DNA from: Mytilus trossulus
Taxonomy: Eukaryota
Reading direction: 5' to 3'
DNA: 64,000 nt
Assembly (NCBI RefSeq): GCF_036588685.1
Contig: NC_086378.1
Coordinates: 54,560,001-54,624,000, forward strand
Made by a program: the position numbers and the translations under genes. Below are positions 13,251 to 26,035 of this stretch, one piece after another. The stretch's first letter is position 1, and the number at the start of each line of letters is the position of its first letter. The notes under the pieces were generated by a model, which worked only from the letters and a program-made list of their open reading frames with translations, had not been told where the DNA came from and ran no database searches.

Positions 13251-16200
13251 TCAGGTATTTTTGGATAAGGTATGATCTAAAATTCGTAATGGCGTTTAAG
13301 AAGAGGACCCAGTCCGTACTACAACTTCTACTCAGTCAACATTGCAGTCTATATAATGATTATATGATAATGTATATCGCTTCTGAACAGTAAGAAAACG
13401 TATGCTCACCCAGACGTTAGTGTTCAAGCTGTTAAAAAGATTTACGTATGAAGCGGTGACCAATTTCTTCGTTTATATTATCCTAAAAAATAAAAACATG
13501 TCTAATATGTCCAATAATCAAGGCCTTTGATTATAGAAATTCCTTTTTATGGATGGAATTAACATGGAAATTATACAAAAAATGGACACTTTACGAAAAA
13601 AAAATATCAAACAATGACAAATGTATAGCAAAGTAGGTAAAGACCGGTTGGTCTGGGTTTTTGTAAATCATTATTGTTAACCATTCCTCCCGACTTTTGA
13701 CTATTTACCACAAACGATATGTTAACATATAGTATATAACAAGGAGCACTCATCGCAATTACGTTGTTTATCAATTCATTTAATTAATGGACTGTCACAA
13801 CAAATCGGGTTATATGTCTAATCAAACTGAACCGTCTTTTGTAACCAGTTAAAAAACAAAAAAAAAGGCAATAGTAGTTTACCACTTTTCAATAGGCATA
13901 AATCAATTTAACTGAAACAAATACGGGTCACAAACAAAGACTGAGTAAACACATCAACTATAAGACGGGAAAACGAAACAAACACCAACGTACATAGAAA
14001 CGATCTATGTGATAACAACTGCCATAATCCCGACTTGGGACATGACATTTTAAGAAAACAAATGATTTCAGCATAGCGATTTTAGAGATTAATAATTAGG
14101 TTTATTCTACATTATATAAAATTGAGAATGGAAATGGGGAATGTGTCAAAGAGACAACAACCCGACTATAGAGCAGACAACATCAGAAGGTCACCAATAG
14201 GTCTTAAATGCAGAGAGAAATTCCCACACCCGGAGGCGTCCTTCAGCTGACCCCTAAACAAATATATATACTAGTCAGATGACTATTTCCCCCAAGAACT
14301 TATTTCATTAAGTCACAGGGACAAATTCCAAAAGTCGTTGAAACTTACTGGAACATAACCATAAGAATTAAGCAATGAGTTTACTCAATGATAATATGTT
14401 TATGATATGAGTTGTCAATAATCTCTAAACATTGTTGTTGAAGTAAATTTTGAAAAAAAAATAGATAACCGAAACTTGTTTCCCTTAAATTTGAATTGAT
14501 GATTTGATTGACTGAATGTTTTGCTTAATGTTTAGTCACAATTTTTCACGCATACTCAGGACTAGCGTCAATCAAGAATAACCGCTTAAGGTGGCTCGGG
14601 TGTCTTCCTCCATCCTGGATTTTGAAGAATCAGATAACTTTGGTCTAGATATTTGATGAAATGTGCAAATTTTGAGAGTTGGATGTAATTTATGTGAAAG
14701 ACTTTTGATATTAATATAGAAAATTGTGTGTTTTATCATAATTTCTATACAGTTGTAATTTCTCAAAAACACCTTGTTTGTGTTTGATTAGATTTTTTTC
14801 AACTTTGTCAAATAATGGGATATAACTCGGATAAAGTTATTCTAAATTAATAATAGAAAGTGTTATGAATTTACCTATTTTGATATGTAGCAAGAAAACA
14901 AGTTCGGTGACCCCATTTTATTCTTTTTCTTATCTGAAAGCATGTTTTAAGTTCAATATTCTCACATTTTATCTGAAAGTTCTAATAGTACGTTTTCTTT
15001 TTATCACACAAAATTTGATTTTCTATGTATAATCTATACAAAATCTGACAATTTTGCACAACCTGTAGCGTGAAAAAAAGTCTGGTGACCCATACTTTTT
15101 AATACAGTTTTGAAAAAAGCATGATAAAAACCTCATTTTGACAATTTATCAAAACATTCTATCAATTTTAAGTAATACGCCCTAGCCACCTTAACTGTTA
15201 TACAATAAAATAAACTTTTCCTCCGAACAACATCTTGTTTATCAAATATGTGTAATATTTTGAATTTGTAATTGATTTATTGGAAATCTTTTAGTAGCAT
15301 GCGTATGTTCTGTAAATCAGCTATAATCCCTAAACCTATCGCACTGTATAAAATTTACAATTTATTAATTTATAAATTTCTCAAAAGGTATGCACACAAT
15401 TTAAATAGCCTCCGAGCAAATGAATCGGGTTAGAACTTTCTTAATAAGTGTTTTGGAAATTTTAAAAAGATTTAACCAAGTGACAACATTTAATTTTTTT
15501 TTATTGCAAAGCGATTTAGGCTGTAAGTACTACATGTATTTTGGCTGGAAATACTTTTATCAATAAAAACTATTACTTTATTTATGAATACTGTTAATTT
15601 AAAAATTATTGCGAAAAATGCGCCAGGGTTGTTTAAACTCGCATTTTGAATTTTTTTATTAGAACTATACAGAATTTTTTCACTATCGTAAAAATAAAAA
15701 TCGAATTTTAGTCTTAAATGACAAAATCGCAATCATAAATGCACGCAATAATGTCTGAATTTGCAGTATGTAGTAATAAGAGATTTTTCGGTTAACTTAA
15801 ATCAAACGACAACTGCACATATGCTCTAAAACGAAGAGTCGATACTTTAAGATCTAGTTAGAGACTTGGCTTGATACAACTCTGTGTAGTTGATCTATTA
15901 CAATTGAATGACGCCTGGTTAGACCAAAAAGAGAGATTAAAGTTACAAAAAGGATAACCAAATTCATTAGTCAAAAACATACAGGTAATGCAGTGGTCAA
16001 ATATAAAAAAAACGATAAAAAGACAAACAACAGTACACAAAATAAAACATAAACTAAAGACTTAGCAAGACGAACCGCACCAAAAAATCCGTAATGATCT
16101 GAGGTGCTCCGGAAGGGTAAAGAAAAACATATACTGCTCGACATGTGACCCAAGAAATATTTGCCTATATTTTTCGTATGATGTCAAAGCATATATAAAA

Positions 16201-16354
16201 GCATAAAATATAATTAGAAAGGAACACAATCTTTCACAATGTCCATTGAAAATGTGCATATTTCAGATATGTTTTCAAATCAGTTCAAGTAAGAATGTGG
16301 GATTTCCCTAATGTCTCATCAATGTGTTTTTTTTTTCTTTTTCAGTGACAGATT

Positions 16355-16903
16355 ATGAACTGTTCTATCGTTTTTTTGATAGCTTCAATATCTATTGTGT
16401 ATTACATCAACTCTGTTTCTGCCCAAGTAAATGTCGACATAACTGGTGGCGGAGGAGGCGGCGGTGGTGGTGATCAAGCACCTGGCGGTAGAGGTGGCGA
16501 TGTCAATACTAAGATTGTCATAAAAAAAGGTAGAGGAGGAAAAAGAGACAAAATTAAAGTAAACGGAAAAACAGTTGGGAAAGGAGAAAATGCAGGTGTT
16601 ATAAAAGTAAATGGAAAAAAAGTTGATATAGGAGGAAAAACAGGTATAAAAGTAGACGGAAAAGGTGTTATCGGAGGTAGAGGGAGAGGACAAGTTGGAC
16701 AGAGAGGACCAGTTGTAGGGAGAGGACAAGTTGGAGGGAGGGGACCAGTTGTAGGGAGAGGACAATTTGGAGGCAGAGGACCATTTGTAGGGAGGAGACA
16801 AGTTGGAGGACAAGGACTAGGGGGACTTCTATTAAACGGACTAAGAAGACAAGTTAGAAAGTTACTGGGAAATGCTGTTAGTCCAAGGGTTAGACGATTT
16901 TAA
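16355..16903 (+). CDS. Secreted Gly-rich cationic protein, paralog 2 (182 aa; 1 G9 module; IKV(N/D)GK and GRGQVGGRGPVV repeats)
   Basis: Polypyrimidine tract plus AG (16344-16345) 9 nt before ATG; signal peptide ending VSA|Q; module NVDIT-G9-DQAP-GGRGG-DVNTKIVI; AATAAA at 16924. Confidence 0.9.
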   Translation: MNCSIVFLIASISIVYYINSVSAQVNVDITGGGGGGGGGDQAPGGRGGDVNTKIVIKKGRGGKRDKIKVNGKTVGKGENAGVIKVNGKKVDIGGKTGIKVDGKGVIGGRGRGQVGQRGPVVGRGQVGGRGPVVGRGQFGGRGPFVGRRQVGGQGLGGLLLNGLRRQVRKLLGNAVSPRVRRF

Positions 16904-17841
16904 TTATTTAAATATCCAAAGACAATAAATCGACAAATATCATTTGTTTTATTTCTATGTCCGAGTATTCTTTTTACAATCACATATACATAGGCATTCC
17001 ATTCCCTAGCAAGACTGAATAAACAATCAGTCAGCATCAGGAAACACACCAGGATCAATATCAAAAGCATCTCAAATTTGAAGAGTATCGCACATTATCG
17101 TTTTAGCTAAATGTCAATCATACAAAGTGACTATGATACATCATTATATTTATAGTAAGAATAAAACTAAAACGTCTGATGAAAATAACTACGAATTAAA
17201 ATGTTTTATTCAACACTGGCATGCCCGATTTAACGTTGTCTGTATTTTTATATGACATCATACATTTATCTTATTTTCTTTTAAGTTGAGAAATAATAAA
17301 ATTGAAGAATTTTTTAAATTCAAAATTCTGAATAAATTACGATCTATAACATGTAAAACACTATATTTCAAACAGCCAATCTGAAATGAATCATACAATG
17401 AAAACTCGAAATAGATTTTCATTTTCATTTTACCTTCATCAAATGACCAACTCAAAAGCTCAAACACATCAAATGAGGGATAACAACTGTGACTTGGTAC
17501 AGGCATTTTCTTATATGCAAATGGTAGATTACACCTGGTTTTAAAGCTAGCCAAACCTTTCACTTGTATGACAGTCGCATCATAATCCATTATATTGACA
17601 ACGATACGTAAACAAAACAAACAGACATAATACGAACAAAATGTTAAAATTAGGGGTATAGCAGTCAACATTGTGTTATAATCTTAATCACTAAAAAACA
17701 ACAAATATGTAACTAAATAAAACGAGTAACATACATTGTACATGTAAAGTTATGCTGGATTCTAATCGGTTTTTTTTTTTCGTCAAAGAATTGTGTACAA
17801 ACTTACATTTCAGCAATGATGTAAAGGTGTGATATTATAAC

Positions 17842-17930
17842 TAGGGATGGCAAAGAGTACTCGACTACTCAGGTACTCGGTCGGAAGCCCGAGTACTCGA
17901 GTACAGTTTTAGTACTCGGATACTCGTTTT
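17842..17930 (+). mobile_element. One end of a hAT-like MITE (TAGGGATG plus TACTCG subterminal repeats)
   Basis: TAGGGATGGCAA followed by several TACTCG/CGAGTA motifs; the matching other end was not found. Confidence 0.4.
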
Positions 17931-19025
17931 CCTGTCATCTTGAGATATTTCTCTTCACATTTCCACTGACTTTAGTTCCGTTGAAATATCCCCTTCGTAA
18001 TACTAAACAAAATCAAGTAACAACTTAAACATGTTTATCCTGGGGATACTATTTGTTACAGTAGAACCAGCAACACTATTTCCTTCCAAGGGAATGTTTT
18101 CATGTGTACAACTTGTAAAAAAAAATAAGAATTCAAACAGTCTTTCATTTGAAATTGTTGACCAGATCATATTTCTAAACAAGAACAAAATCTAAGTGAC
18201 CTGCGGTGAACCCTACGCAACTGATTAGAGACATTTGTAACGGCGTTTTAACACGGATCAACACTTTCATGGATTAATAATTAACTCATCACAAGCCGTA
18301 AAAACTTACTGTTGTTTGTTAATCAAGACTTCTGTGTAAACGTGATTGGTATGCGATGTACATTTAAATTAATTAATTACTCTGTATTTGAAACTTATTA
18401 AGTAAACTGATAACTGTTTAATTTACAATTTAAAGATAGGCGAAAGTACGAGAGAGGCATTCGAACCCAAAAGTCGAAAATAAACTGACAACGTCATGGC
18501 TAAAAAAATGAAAATCAGAAAAACGATAGTGCAAGAAAAACAAAACACAGAAAAAGTAGAACCGAGAACGCCAAAAACACAAGTAATTTGTAAACCAATA
18601 TTGTTGTTGACAAATTAATTGACAAGATGTATTATAACAAATTAACAACTCATCAGGAACTGATGATACATATATTGCAAATATTTTTGATTTTATTGGA
18701 ATTTGGTTCATGAACACGTACACAAACAATAATTGCTATTATGATAGGTTATTTGTAGAAACGGCGGTCGGCAATTCGTTGTTTAATTGACACAAAAACA
18801 GAGGATAAAGCTCTGTTTGAAGTACGTATGTTTGTCGTTAATATGTATATGAAAGGTGATAACAAAAATGTTTGTAGTACGTATGTCTGTCGTTAATATG
18901 TATATGAAAGGGGTTATTGTCCTTTAATGACAATTTTTCACAATTTGTTCATCATATTTGCTAACTTTTAAAAAATCTTCTCCTCTGAATAGTTATCAAA
19001 AGTACCAGGATTATAATTTTTTTAT

Positions 19026-19069
19026 ACGCCAGACGCGCGTTTCGTCTACATAAGACTCATCAGTGACGC
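19026..19069 (-). ncRNA. Minimal type I hammerhead ribozyme
   Basis: GCGUCA-CUGAUGA-GUCU(uaugu)AGAC-GAAA-CGCGCG-UC|UGGCGU: core boxes, stem II, stem I with 2 G-U pairs, palindromic stem III; predicted cut after GUC between 19032 and 19031. Confidence 0.88.
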
Positions 19070-19383
19070 TCACATCAAAAAAGTTCAAAAGCCAAACAAA
19101 TACAAAGTTGAAGAGCATTGAGGACCCAAAATTCCAAAAAGTTGTGCCAAATACGTCTAAGGTAATCTACTCCTGGGGTAAGAAAATCCTTAGTATTTCG
19201 TAAAATTCAAAGTTTTGTAAACAGAAAATTTATAAAAATGACCATGTAATTGATATTCATGTCAACACCGAAGTGCTGACTACTGGGCTGGTGATACCCT
19301 CGGGGACGAAACGTCCACCAGCAGTGGCATCGACCCAGTGGTGTAAATAGTTATCAAAAGTACCAGGATTATAATTTTTTTAT

Positions 19384-19427
19384 ACGCCAGACGCGCGTTT
19401 CGTCTACATAAGACTCATCAGTGACGC
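19384..19427 (-). ncRNA. Minimal type I hammerhead ribozyme
   Basis: Identical to 19026-19069. Confidence 0.88.
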
Positions 19428-19741
19428 TCACATCAAAAAAGTTCAAAAGCCAAACAAATACAAAGTTGAAGAGCATTGAGGACCCAAAATTCCAAAAAGT
19501 TGTGCCAAATACGTCTAAGGTAATCTACTCCTGGGGTAAGAAAATCCTTAGTATTTCGTAAAATTCAAAGTTTTGTAAACAGAAAATTTATAAAAATGAC
19601 CATGTAATTGATATTCATGTCAACACCGAAGTGCTGACTACTGGGCTGGTGATACCCTCGGGGACGAAACGTCCACCAGCAGTGGCATCGACCCAGTGGT
19701 GTAAATAGTTATCAAAAGTACCAGGATTATAATTTTTTTAT

Positions 19742-19785
19742 ACGCCAGACGCGCGTTTCGTCTACATAAGACTCATCAGTGACGC
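19742..19785 (-). ncRNA. Minimal type I hammerhead ribozyme
   Basis: Identical to 19026-19069. Confidence 0.88.
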
Positions 19786-20099
19786 TCACATCAAAAAAGT
19801 TCAAAAGCCAAACAAATACAAAGTTGAAGAGCATTGAGGACCCAAAATTCCAAAAAGTTGTGCCAAATACGTCTAAGGTAATCTACTCCTGGGGTAAGAA
19901 AATCCTTAGTATTTCGTAAAATTCAAAGTTTTGTAAACAGAAAATTTATAAAAATGACCATGTAATTGATATTCATGTCAACACCGAAGTGCTGACTACT
20001 GGGCTGGTGATACACTCGGGGACGAAACGTCCACCAGCAGTGGCATCGACCCAGTGGTGTAAATAGTTATCAAAAGTACCAGGATTATAATTTTTTTAT

Positions 20100-20143
20100 A
20101 CGCCAGACGCGCGTTTCGTCTACATAAGACTCATCAGTGACGC
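20100..20143 (-). ncRNA. Minimal type I hammerhead ribozyme
   Basis: Identical to 19026-19069. Confidence 0.88.
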
Positions 20144-20457
20144 TCACATCCAAAAAGTTCAAAAGCCAAACAAATACAAAGTTGAAGAGCATTGAGGACC
20201 CAAAATTCCAAAAAGTTGTGCCAAATACGTCTAAGGTAATCTACTCCTGGGGTAAGAAAATCCTTAGTATTTCGTAAAATTCAAAGTTTTGTAAACAGAA
20301 AATTTATAAAAATGACCATGTAATTGATATTCATGTCAACACCGAAGTGCTGACTACTGGGCTGGTGATACCCTCGGGGACGAAACGTCCACCAGCAGTG
20401 GCATCGATCCAGTGGTGTAAATAGTTATCAAAAGTACCAGGATTATAATTTTTTTAT

Positions 20458-20501
20458 ACGCCAGACGCGCGTTTCGTCTACATAAGACTCATCAGTGACG
20501 C
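20458..20501 (-). ncRNA. Minimal type I hammerhead ribozyme
   Basis: Identical to 19026-19069. Confidence 0.88.
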
Positions 20502-21674
20502 TCACATCCAAAAAGTTCAAAAGCCAAACAAATACAAAGTTGAAGAGCATTGAGGACCAACTACTGAATGGATTTGGATAAAACTTAGCATGATTGTTCC
20601 TTAGATTATCCTGCACAAAGTGTGTGCTTAGATTTTCGATCCATCAAAAAACATGGCCGCCGTTACTTAAAATAGAACATAGGGGTCAAATGCAGTTTTT
20701 GGCTTATATCTCAAAAATGAAAGCATTAAGAGCAAATCTGAGAGGGGTAAAAATGTTCATTAGGTTAATATATATCAGCCCTGAACTTTTCAGATGAATC
20801 AAACAACCCATTGTTGGGTTGCTGCCACTTAATTGGTAATTTTAAGGAAATTTTGCAGTTTTTGGTCATTATCTTGAATATTATTATAGATACAGATAAA
20901 CTGGTTATAGCAAAAATGTAAAGCAAAGTAAGATATACAAATAAGTCAATTTGACCAAAATTGTCAATTGACCTCTTAAGGAGTTATTGCCCTTTAAAGA
21001 CTTTTTTCACAATTTGTTCATCATGTTGACTTACTTTAAAAAATCCTCTCCTTTGAAACTGCTGTATCAATTTCAGCCAAACTTAGGCTAAATGAGTTTC
21101 AGAGTTTCAGAGTATCTAGTATAAATTTTATATTTCATTTCCTTGTATGTCAAGAAACATAGCTCCTATGGCTAAAATAAAACATAGGAGAAAATGATTT
21201 TTTTTTGCTTTTGAAGAAAATAGGACGATCCAAAAAACATTTAAATAAATTGAAAAGCCAAAATAATCATTGATGAGAGATTTAACCAAAAGAATTAAGG
21301 TGAGCGATTCAGGCTCTTGAGAGCCTCTTGTTTATTGTAGTTTTTTGTATATCATATATATAAAAGTAACCATTACTCTCTGACCTTTGGATGATACTGT
21401 GAGTATTTGCATTGCAATTTCTTGTTTAGATGTGATAAATAAACGATAAATCTTTTATTGCAAATTTCTCTGCTGTTAAAAAAATTGTGTTATGCTTGCA
21501 CAGTTCAAAATAAACCTTCAGAATAAAAAAAAAACGTAAACCCTTCTTAAAGTTGAATAAATAGTTCATTATTTTGTTGTGTTGGTATTATAATACACGA
21601 TGTATTCATTGCTGTTTGAATAATGTATTGCTACAAATATCCCAAAACATGAATAATCCTTTTTGGTTTATAGT

Positions 21675-22150
21675 TCTTTAAGCTTTGGATTTTTAAAACA
21701 TTTTGCCTCGCGCATCACTAAAGAGACATTAATTGTTGAAATTGGCATCTGCAATTTTGTTGTTCAACACTATTGGTACGTTTATGTAAATACTATCATT
21801 GGGTCGATGCCTCTGCTTGTGGACATATAGTTCCTAAGACTAACTCCATCCCAGAAGCCAATACTACGGTACTGGCATGATGATATGGATTTGCGTTATC
21901 AAAATTTGCTGTTACAAAATTTTGGAAATTATTTTAAATCAAGGACTATATTTCTCTCATTCAAAGCTCTAATTACTTCCGCGTTGTTTTGTTTGTTTGT
22001 TTTTTGTCTATATTGTTTTGTCCTTTTTGCTTAATAAATATTGATCTGCTTGATAAGCTTTGGGATTTTAAATATTTTGGCCTCGAGCAACTCTGAAGAG
22101 ACATTTATTGTCGAAATGCGCATATAGAGACGTGATTCTGGTACCGTGTT
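21675..22150 (+). mobile_element. Degenerate retrozyme-like repeat of a second family (~375 bp period)
   Basis: Repeated agcttt..gattttaaa..gcctcg segment; core CTGAAGA-GAC-atttatt-GTC-GAAA-TGCGCA-TA at 22093-22124 with stem I eroded; decayed copy near 21718-21750. Confidence 0.6.
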
Positions 22151-24936
22151 TGATATTAAACAATATGTACAATCATTAGATCATGTATACATTTTGCAGT
22201 TGGTCAACCATGATTTTGTAGGATAAGGGGATAAGACTTCCATCTTCATTCCAACTTATAGCACCTCAAAGAAGTTGCAAGGGGTCGTAAACATACAGAT
22301 AGAGTGACACTCTCTCTACATGCACCATAGGATTTTATCGCCCCCTTTTTGCATTAGTAAAATGTATATGAATTCCAAAATTCAAATTTTATATAGATCT
22401 TCGTTTACAATAAAGAAAATATTTTAGAATAAAGGCAAATGAACACAGGGTAAACAAACTGTCTGAACAACGGTGGTCGGACACACAAGTTATGTTTGGA
22501 AAAAACACTATTCAATTGTTATAATACCAGGCTCAACCCACCTTTTCTTCTTATAATGTCCTGTATCATGTTAGGAATATGGCAATTGTTATAAAAAAGG
22601 CCGTATCTATAAAATATATTATGTTGGCGTTTATTTTTATAGAAGTTCAGTGTTTATGTCATTCCGTTGTTTCTCACTTAATGTTGATGTATATCTCTCA
22701 GTTTTTTTGTTGTGTCCTGGATTTGTTTTTAACCTAATCGATTTATGACTATTGAACAGTTGTATACTCCTATTGCCTTAATTTTTAGGTTACTTATATG
22801 CGTATTACTTTTACTTCATGCATTAAAGTTGAATTGAAAATAACGAAATTGATTATATTTAAGGAGACGAAATATTTGACAAAATTGGTTTCATTGTTAA
22901 TGGAAGATGGGGTAAAAAAATAAACATACACATTTGTCAGTTGATAGCAGAATTGTGAATCTATTTAGTTAGGCTATATGTAGACGATACGGTGTATATT
23001 TTGAAAGATAAGTAAAGGTTGAAACTATTGCATATTCGTTTTCATTCAATACGTTAACTTAAGTTGAAATCACTCTAACTACTAAGTAAATTTTATCCAG
23101 GTAACCAACGTCCAACATACGGTTGAGTAGTTTTAATCTGTTAATATCGATGCTTATATCTCATCAATCGAATTTGGAAGATATAAACCAAACTGAGGAT
23201 CGTGTCCGCAGTGTGCATAAGTTAATTTATAAAGGAAATTGTAATATTTCGTTATTATTTTAGTTAAATCAAATAAACCCGACTTTTGCATAATAGCGTA
23301 TGTGCTTGCAAAAAGTAATATCACAAAAGTACTGAACTCCAAGGAAAAATTCAAGTGCAAAGCAGGTAATAAAATTGTTAAAAAAATCGGGGTATTTACC
23401 GACCTATTATATGCGCACTCGTCATAACTGCGTCGTTTATCCATTTACTTAATAAATTGACTGTCTCAAATTACAACAAAAAAGGTTAAATGTCAAGCTT
23501 GACCGTCATATTGTCTCCAATAAAATATATAAACAAACCCAAAATATTGGTTGGACGATTCTGAAGTTATAATACAGACATAAGTGTTACCACTTACAGT
23601 ATTACTCAAAAATTAATAATTGGTTTTCTGGTTTGAAAATAGATTTAAACGTCGTTTATATATAGAACATCAACTTTATACGCATATTTGGGTATGTATA
23701 GTTAAAATAATTATCAATTTAACTAAACATTTAGCATGGCGATTCTAATGTGTACGGAGTTTTATTTAAAGAAGATTTATACTTGCTGTCATCGACTTTC
23801 ATTATTTACCGTTGTTACTTTTTGTAAAACCTTCAATTGGAAACAGAGGAAATTAGTTCATTATTTTATTTTGTTGTTGAGGTCAAATTTGAAATGAAAA
23901 TGACCAAAAAAGGAAATATGTTTTAGTAAGATACTTTGAGGGTTTGATTGCTTGAATTTTTTTCTAATGGATTTGTGCCTTTGCGTGCATATTCAGGACG
24001 ACCATTTAAAAGATGTAGTCAACCAAAGCTTATACATTTATATAAAAAAAAAAGCATACCGAGTTTGAGGCGACAATACAATCCATTGTTTCTATAAACC
24101 ATTTTAGACAAGGCGGAGTGAGACCTTTCTGAAAGATATATATATATATTTTTTAACCAATTATGTTTATAATTGAATGTGAATAAAACAAGAAATAACG
24201 TTAAATAATCATGAACAACTGAGCATGCGCTATAGGGTGAATGGATTAGGTTTATAATGTAACATATAGTTAAAGTCTAATTAAAAACCAGATATTATTA
24301 AACAGTCCAGGACACAATTCTAAAGTTAGACAAATGTTTAAAAAATACAAACCAAAAAACAAAGAAAAATTACGATTTCAGTAAAAAAAAAAAAAAATCA
24401 TGTAGTTAAACGCATTAAATACGTTATCTATTTTCAATTATGGGTAGCAAATTCAGACCTATGTATATGATCTGTTAAAACTGAATGACGCCTGACTGGC
24501 CTTACAAAGAGAAGGGATATACTAAATGGATAATCAAACTCCTAAGTGGAAAATTAACAGTCAATGCAATGGTCAAAAATGAAAAACGACAAAAAGACAC
24601 AAATCAATATACAAAACCCAGCAATGAAAACTAAAAACGAGCAACTCGAACTCCCAAAAAGAAACAAGGGTATAGCAGGTGCACTGGAAGGGTAAACATA
24701 TCCTGTTCGACAAGTGACAACCCAAATATCGGCCTTTATACTTCATAATAGACATATATCAAAGCAACATATAGAAATAAAAAAAATAATACTAGTTCTC
24801 ACAATGCACATTGACAATTTGTATTTTCACGAAAGTTTTCAAATCAGCTCAAATTAGGTATAAAGGAAGTGGGTTTTCCCTTATAATGTCTCATAATTAT
24901 ATATAGATTCTATTGATTTTTTTTCAGTGACGGATT

Positions 24937-25341
24937 ATGAACTGTGCAACCATTATTGTGATAGCTTCGATATCTGTTGTATTTTACCTCAACTCAGTAA
25001 CTGCTCAAGTAAATGTCGACATAACTGGTGGCGGAGGAGGCGGCGGTGGTGGTGATCAAGCACCTGGCGGTAGAGGTGGCGATGTCAATACTAAGATTGT
25101 CATAAAAGGAGTTGGAAGAGGAGGTATAAAAGTAAACGGAAACGGAGTTCGACAAGGAGGTAAAGGCAGATTAAATAATAAAGGTAGAAGACGAGGAGGA
25201 CAAAACATCGGGTTTGGAGGAAGAGGACAAGTTCGAGGGAGAGGACAAGTTTGGGGGCGAGGACAAATTCGAGGACTAGGACGAGGCGGGGGTCAGTATA
25301 GAGGATCACTAGGACATGCTGGTGGATTTAGACGTTTTTAG
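24937..25341 (+). CDS. Secreted Gly-rich cationic protein, paralog 3 (134 aa; 1 G9 module; GRGQ(V/I)x repeats)
   Basis: Acceptor AG 24926-24927, 9 nt before ATG, with near-identical context to paralog 2; signal peptide ending VTA|Q; module identical to paralog 2; ends RRF*; AATAAA at 25361. Confidence 0.9.
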   Translation: MNCATIIVIASISVVFYLNSVTAQVNVDITGGGGGGGGGDQAPGGRGGDVNTKIVIKGVGRGGIKVNGNGVRQGGKGRLNNKGRRRGGQNIGFGGRGQVRGRGQVWGRGQIRGLGRGGGQYRGSLGHAGGFRRF

Positions 25342-25794
25342 TTATTTTAATTTTAAAGGGAATAAAACTTCAAATATCATATGTTTTGATTTATGTCAGA
25401 ATTTTGCTATTTTAATCGCAATACTGTGTTGCATTTAGTTAGAAAACGCAGATTGTAGTAATTTAACTTTGTATACCTTACATGTTTTCTGTGAGTGACT
25501 CGATTTCTATATCCTCTTCAAATATTGATTGATTTGCGAAATGTGAATAATATGTAAATAACGTGGGGATATAATGTAATAATTGTTGTAAATAGGATAG
25601 GCACCCTTATAACACTACCAGATCTTGTAAAAAGAGTGATGAATGTTTTAAAGTTTAATCCCAATCAAATCTTACGACAATATTTTGCTTGGCATCTTTT
25701 CTATTACAGGTTTTGCATTAAACTTCGCAAACGATTTGGTATTGTGTGCCTTACCCTTTCATGATAACCTTCGTGCAATATGTATTTACATAGA

Positions 25795-26035
25795 TATAGT
25801 TATGAGTGCCAATGAGACAAGTCTCCATCCAAGTCACAATTTTAAAAAGTAAACCACTATAGGTCAAGGTACGGTCTTCCACACGGAGCCTAGGCTCACA
25901 CCGAACAGCAAGATATAAAGGGTCCAAAAAATTACTAGTGTAAAATCATTCAAACGGAAAAACAAACTGTCTAATCTTTATAAAAAACGAGACACAAGAA
26001 ACACTTATGAACCACATAAACGACAACCACTGCAC
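25795..26035 (+). repeat. Abundant interspersed repeat (atgagtgccaatgagacaa...); other copies near 9405, 46990-47245 (minus), 55690 and 63000-63145 (minus)
   Basis: Several diverged copies in the window; class (SINE-like?) not determined. Confidence 0.6.

Larger units (their letters stand above)
18990..20558 (-). mobile_element. Non-LTR retrozyme-like tandem array, 4.4 x 358 bp, five type I hammerhead ribozymes
   Basis: Units start at 18990, 19348, 19706, 20064 and 20422 and are near-identical; each has CTGATGA-GTCT-tatgt-AGAC-GAAA-CGCGCG-TC on the minus strand; inserted in a HINE (ctctgaa|...|aactactg). Confidence 0.9.
18911..21331 (+). mobile_element. 5'-truncated HINE interrupted by the retrozyme array
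   Basis: Similar to the 609-2410 core; 3' end AGGTGAGCG...AGGCTCTtgAGAGCCTcttgtt at 21298-21331. Confidence 0.7.

Noticed and set aside
18990-20558. Possible CRISPR array or plain satellite
   Set aside because: No unique spacers, eukaryotic context and no cas genes; the hammerhead core and fixed end favour a retrozyme.
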